DNA from: an uncultured bacterium
GTDB taxonomy: Bacteria > Auribacterota > Auribacteria > Auribacterales > Auribacteraceae
Length of the DNA stretch: 64,000 bases
Direction: 5' to 3'
Assembly: GCA_964451165.1 (NCBI GenBank)
Contig: CAYVGJ010000005.1
Coordinates: 85,695-149,694, forward strand
Shown piece by piece: positions 60,601 to 64,000 of the stretch; the first letter of the stretch is position 1, and every line of letters starts with the position of its first letter. The notes under the pieces were generated by a model that did no database searches, was not told the origin of the DNA, and worked only from the letters and a program-made list of their open reading frames with translations. Both the position numbers and the translations under genes were made by a program.

Positions 60601-63600
60601 TCGCCGATTGACATGCCGTAAGGATTGATCACTCCCATATTTCGTAAAATACTCACTTCATCCGCAGAGAAAATGTCTTTTTCATTCAAACTCATTTCCA
60701 TAAACTTTTTATCCACCGTAAAACCTATAATCTGAGATATTTTTTCAGAATAAATCTGATAAATGGAATTCATTGTTACAGGGCCTTCGACAGGTTTATC
60801 TGAAGGAAGGAAAAATGCCTTTACTTTCGAGACCAATCCTTCACCAAGGAATGTCTGAAGAAGATTCATTGTCTTTTGCACATCTCCCTTATTTTGCTCG
60901 ATCATGGTTATAATTATTGGAGCTACCTGAGACCCTTCTTCTTTACCAAGATAATCAATAAGATTATTTGTCACCCTGTTTCGGATACCTGCCAGCTCAT
61001 TTTCCTGTACTCCTGAAGATAGTTTCTGGAAATACTGAAAATTATCTCTGATAATTGACAACTGGTTATAATTATCAGCAAAAGAATCTTTCAATCCTTT
61101 ATCAACAGTCGATTGCCAGAAATAAACCCAATCGATAAAATTGCTCTTTGATATAGCGGCTTCGGGAGTGGAAACAACCGTTTTATCCTGCATACGTGCA
61201 AGTTCAGCCTGTTCAGCCTGAGAAAAATCAGCCATTGCCTGAATTAATACATTCTGGAACATATTTCTTGAAAAATCAGCCATGTTATCCATAAATCCGA
61301 TTTTAACAAGATTATCAAGCCTGCTTTTCAGAGAATCTATCTTTATTTGTATAGCCTGTTTTCCGGCATCTCCTTCCGGAAGTTTGTCCAACTGAACCTG
61401 GAGTATATTTATCTGATCTTCTATCGGCTGAGATATTAGTTTGGATCTCTGCCTGAACTCCTCGATTTTCTTATCTTTCAATAAATTAGCCAATGGAGGA
61501 GCATCCGGCGGTACAAATCCAATACCTATAATCAACCTGAAGTTCTGATCCCCAAATACATTTTTAGCCTCTATATCCGCAATCAGATCTTTCATCGGCT
61601 TAAGATTTTCTTCAGGTGTTTCCTGCTGAACCATACCATCTAAATCCTTATTCAATATAGAGAGAATAGCGGATTGCAGATTCTGTGAAAAATCCGATTC
61701 CAATTTTTTTCTCGCCTGTTCGGGCAACTCATTTATTTTTAATTTATCATTTATAAACGAAGCCAGTTTTTCAATTAATTTATCTTCAGGTTGGCCTTTC
61801 ATTGCCCCTATGTCGTAAGCTTCTTTGATGGATATGCCCCACCTTGAGGATATTTTTTCAGCAAGCTCTTCCCCGTCGAAAGAATTAAACATGCTCTCCG
61901 CCTCTAATTTCAAGGCGCTCTTCAGATTCTCTATCGATGTGGTGAAGCCAGACGTAAATAAACTGTTGAAATATCTCACCTGCAATGCAGTTAATCCGGT
62001 AACAAGAATGTGATCCCCTACTATTTCTATCTTTGCGTCAGGAGCGAAAACAGAGATAAAATCATTTAATTTGCCGATTTTATATTTTTGCAATTCTTCA
62101 CCAAGATAGCCGGAAGGATCTATCTTGTTCATATCCATATTATCCCTGATTACGGCAAGCGTCGGGTTCTGATCCATTACTTTACCATCGGCATCAACCC
62201 AGACTTTATCCGTCATCAATCGTTCAACCGCTTTTGCCGGCGAACCTTCGGAATACGATTGCAAGTTGATCATCGGATTTATTATCTGATCCTGTATTTG
62301 GAGATAAGCATTAATTGCTTCCGCTTTCTGCGGATTCGACAAGTTTGCAACAATAAACTGGCCCACATTAGCCGATATGGAACCGATCGTTTTCAAAACA
62401 TCATATTTTAATCCGGCCGACAACCCTTTTTCGGTAGATAACTTATTCCATAAAATGAGCTCGTTCAGCATTGAAGCGATATAATCCGGCGATTCAGCAA
62501 TCATGTTGGATGCAATCGCCTGTTGAATGATTCCGAGCAGGTCTTTTGCCTTTTGCTCATTCTGCACAGTTTCCGGACGATTTACCACCATAAAGTCGAT
62601 AGATGTTCCTTTATTCAAGGCAACCTGAATCTTCTTGTTCTCAATTTCTCCGGCTTTATCGGGATATTGCTCAATAATATTCTTAAATATTGAATCAGCG
62701 GTTTGGAAATTTCCGGCATTAATAAAAAATTCAGCTTGTTGCATAAGTATTTCCGGATAAAATCTATTTGTCTCGTTTATTCCTGCGACAAACTCATCAA
62801 TCGCTTTTTGAGCATCTTCCGGTTTGGTATTTTTATTCTGCGAAATTAGGTTTTTGAAATTCAAATAGTCTATTTGATCGCTTAATTTTGATTTTTTGTC
62901 TCTATCATCAATCAATGACAATTTATCATTTGCTTCTTTTAATATGGAATCTATTTTCTTTGTATCCATAGACCGCTGTCCGATTAAATAATCCACCTGT
63001 TTTACAAGCAATTCGGATATATCTGAAGCATTGTTCTCTTTAGCAATGTTTATTGCCATTGAAATCAATGTACGCGCTGTTTCATTATAATAAGCCGCTG
63101 TTTCTTGTGAACCGACAATATTATTCGCCCTCAAAAGTTCCGCCTGCTGTGGCGATAATAAATCCAAACCGGATATGTTCCTGATCGGTGTAGCTTCTCG
63201 TTTCGCTATAATCGAATCCGCAAGTTTCAATCCCTGTTCAAGAGATACAGCTACACCGGATTTCAGCAGTTGTGAAGCAAGAGCGTCTTTATCCAATGTA
63301 TTTATATCAATTCGATCTTTAACCTGTTCAGCCATAAGGTAATTCAAGTTCGCATAAGATTTCAGGGTATCTTTATCTGTCGGCATAAGAAGTGCCGCAA
63401 TGTTCATAAGAGCATGAGCGGTTTCTAATTTTGTTACAAGTTCTTCACCGTAATATTTGCCAGATTCTATTTCCGAAATCAAAGCATTCGCCCTGAAAGA
63501 AACATGTTCCAAGATGTTAACAGAACTTCCTGACCGCGAATAAGTTTTTAGGATAAAATCAGAAATTTCGTTCCTGGCAAGTGTCGAGTACCCGGAAAGA

Positions 63601-64000
63601 ACTGTCTGCAAAGTATTAAAGAATTTATCTCCGTATAGCGACAATCCGTTGGCAATATTATTAATCCATATTTCATCCGCAAAAACCCATTGAGCGGATG
63701 GATCCAGCTTAGAAGGCGCAATCACAGGGATTATATTGTTCATGCTGATATTTAATTCCGATAATATTTGCGCAACCTGCTCATAAACAGATTTATCGGC
63801 AGGTGAATTAAATTTTCCGTCGTTTTTGATCTGAAGGTTTCTGATTAATGGATAATTATCCTCTTTTCCCTTTATATACTCGGTAAACTGACGGGTAATT
63901 ATTGTCTGATTCAATCCGACAGGTATATTCTCGTTGCCCAGATTAATTAATCCGACAAGCTGATCAGCGATTCTTCCCGATTTATCCTTCAATTGCGTAA
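57696..64000 (-). CDS. Giant hypothetical protein (more than 2098 aa), N-terminus beyond the window edge
   Basis: Single uninterrupted reading frame of about 6.3 kb. The first codon in the window is TTG, with the frame still open to the window boundary. Largely helical composition; no TM, signal peptide or internal repeat seen. The C-terminal region contains a module paralogous to part of ORF 1..3438. Confidence 0.6.
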   Translation of the reverse strand, partial: TQLKDKSGRIADQLVGLINLGNENIPVGLNQTIITRQFTEYIKGKEDNYPLIRNLQIKNDGKFNSPADKSVYEQVAQILSELNISMNNIIPVIAPSKLDPSAQWVFADEIWINNIANGLSLYGDKFFNTLQTVLSGYSTLARNEISDFILKTYSRSGSSVNILEHVSFRANALISEIESGKYYGEELVTKLETAHALMNIAALLMPTDKDTLKSYANLNYLMAEQVKDRIDINTLDKDALASQLLKSGVAVSLEQGLKLADSIIAKREATPIRNISGLDLLSPQQAELLRANNIVGSQETAAYYNETARTLISMAINIAKENNASDISELLVKQVDYLIGQRSMDTKKIDSILKEANDKLSLIDDRDKKSKLSDQIDYLNFKNLISQNKNTKPEDAQKAIDEFVAGINETNRFYPEILMQQAEFFINAGNFQTADSIFKNIIEQYPDKAGEIENKKIQVALNKGTSIDFMVVNRPETVQNEQKAKDLLGIIQQAIASNMIAESPDYIASMLNELILWNKLSTEKGLSAGLKYDVLKTIGSISANVGQFIVANLSNPQKAEAINAYLQIQDQIINPMINLQSYSEGSPAKAVERLMTDKVWVDADGKVMDQNPTLAVIRDNMDMNKIDPSGYLGEELQKYKIGKLNDFISVFAPDAKIEIVGDHILVTGLTALQVRYFNSLFTSGFTTSIENLKSALKLEAESMFNSFDGEELAEKISSRWGISIKEAYDIGAMKGQPEDKLIEKLASFINDKLKINELPEQARKKLESDFSQNLQSAILSILNKDLDGMVQQETPEENLKPMKDLIADIEAKNVFGDQNFRLIIGIGFVPPDAPPLANLLKDKKIEEFRQRSKLISQPIEDQINILQVQLDKLPEGDAGKQAIQIKIDSLKSRLDNLVKIGFMDNMADFSRNMFQNVLIQAMADFSQAEQAELARMQDKTVVSTPEAAISKSNFIDWVYFWQSTVDKGLKDSFADNYNQLSIIRDNFQYFQKLSSGVQENELAGIRNRVTNNLIDYLGKEEGSQVAPIIITMIEQNKGDVQKTMNLLQTFLGEGLVSKVKAFFLPSDKPVEGPVTMNSIYQIYSEKISQIIGFTVDKKFMEMSLNEKDIFSADEVSILRNMGVINPYGMSIGEMKTMKLVLKQIAKSKQNLTDWLNNSAIGLQEQRNVITDTIFETQPVLIGQFSNIQLEVLKSLVAKLNLNLKIDSNGNVYVVPEVDISQSAQKFAMVKNMLESAGVDNPEVFINSLKTNESIKAMFQLPDDEMAAIDLVFNLKDIGSVNDYFNDISNKLIETAGFKAFKTSNPVSAVTVEEFFNSLKNNSSVNGRKVDLYGYNFILKRILNDFAVQEFLNNEDLRKNSQAVNALRIMLASVNDMYRMIIAGESAVDNAEIIANNSQIKDAFADISNGLKKISDEMNQIQRPSITSLEQIKSGLTKLVDLFDKLTIDEANKSFAVTQDKPNNIELIMKDVNKYEKEIMRICLSNISGVTEVSDDELGAKFFKAVESNKGRVDIFMKFISDIVNNTYLSSGHKDSANYLAAVATLKTKINSYITDVLGAASPQNISSSVVEYKTPKFDDKFIERIIPSLDQDSATKLKSILASVDANIGIDVVQNKLIADPVVDRLLTQLENLSSPDLRNRVFDEKIKGYIGLLFDQAIELSSAQEAVFPELYKSMKDKSTVEIRNAIVSIIANLYLGLPLSGDLKNLLPQLKPEISSFVSKKMPYMSQVEIQETNTDRRVMLVQVLKDNLGENIFDLAKTDDKVKNEIRSFLISNINPLVSEKNSDNRYVFVINFDALAQNGKISVNESNFMLKETIQFIEQMVKDKGKDVKFVIVSENYTSEAVLDQLSALRITELQVDVFAKDLGDGNKTMQDLIQLVQNNYSVNNQNLKLITESGNQQAREIARQLGVQIMEVNPGFSIDNENGESMAETFVGSLNLFVQASINGYTNLPAKTKILAFNNQDTTKNPEVNKLYDQIKQSETEFSKFGSVEDLLNFIRTQYGFNQKDDVLKDILYKSITAYILDNKINLTPDLNLKIFESEFSGALKSLLGENIGNILFDDLFSQSLVNLVLQSPKQKISSAYLREYERMKMAEEFA

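Noticed and set aside
1-64000. CRISPR arrays, tRNA/rRNA genes, IS elements, integrases, or phage genes
   Set aside because: No regularly spaced direct repeats, no cloverleaf-like GC-rich 75-90 nt islands in the AT-rich intergenic regions, and no transposase/integrase/recombinase-like ORFs were seen. Intergenic spaces are short and AT-rich.

Overview
Low-GC (about 33-35%) bacterial chromosomal window, densely packed with genes, mostly on the minus strand. Shine-Dalgarno motifs and TTG/GTG alternative starts are in use. Housekeeping content includes four aminoacyl-tRNA synthetases (GluRS, CysRS, MetRS), the MEP-pathway genes ispD/ispF, tmk/holB, priA, queC/queE, lspA, engB, a pyrB-like carbamoyltransferase, an EF-G paralog, an EF-P-family factor and hemW. 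Local gene order is Firmicutes-like (ispD-ispF-gltX-cysS; tmk-holB-ricT; metG-tatD), yet an LptD/OstA-like outer-membrane protein and nucleotide-sugar/glycosyltransferase clusters show a diderm envelope. Accessory content includes a six-gene surface-glycan operon (three GT4 glycosyltransferases, an AsnB-like amidotransferase, a membrane-anchored spermidine-synthase-like protein and a GT-C/PMT-like TPR protein). There is also a nucleotide-sugar block (two SDR epimerases, Ugd and a second dehydrogenase paralog that appears to lack the catalytic cysteine), many TPR proteins, an orphan zf-HC2/FecR-type anti-sigma factor, a Q/N-rich low-complexity protein and a multi-zinc-ribbon membrane protein. 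The most striking feature is two very large uncharacterised proteins, one at each window edge and both truncated by the window: a 1135+ aa protein carrying an HExxH motif and a 2098+ aa protein. They share a paralogous module of about 150-170 aa, and the larger one converges on a lone STAS-domain protein. No CRISPR array, tRNA, rRNA or obvious mobile element was seen.
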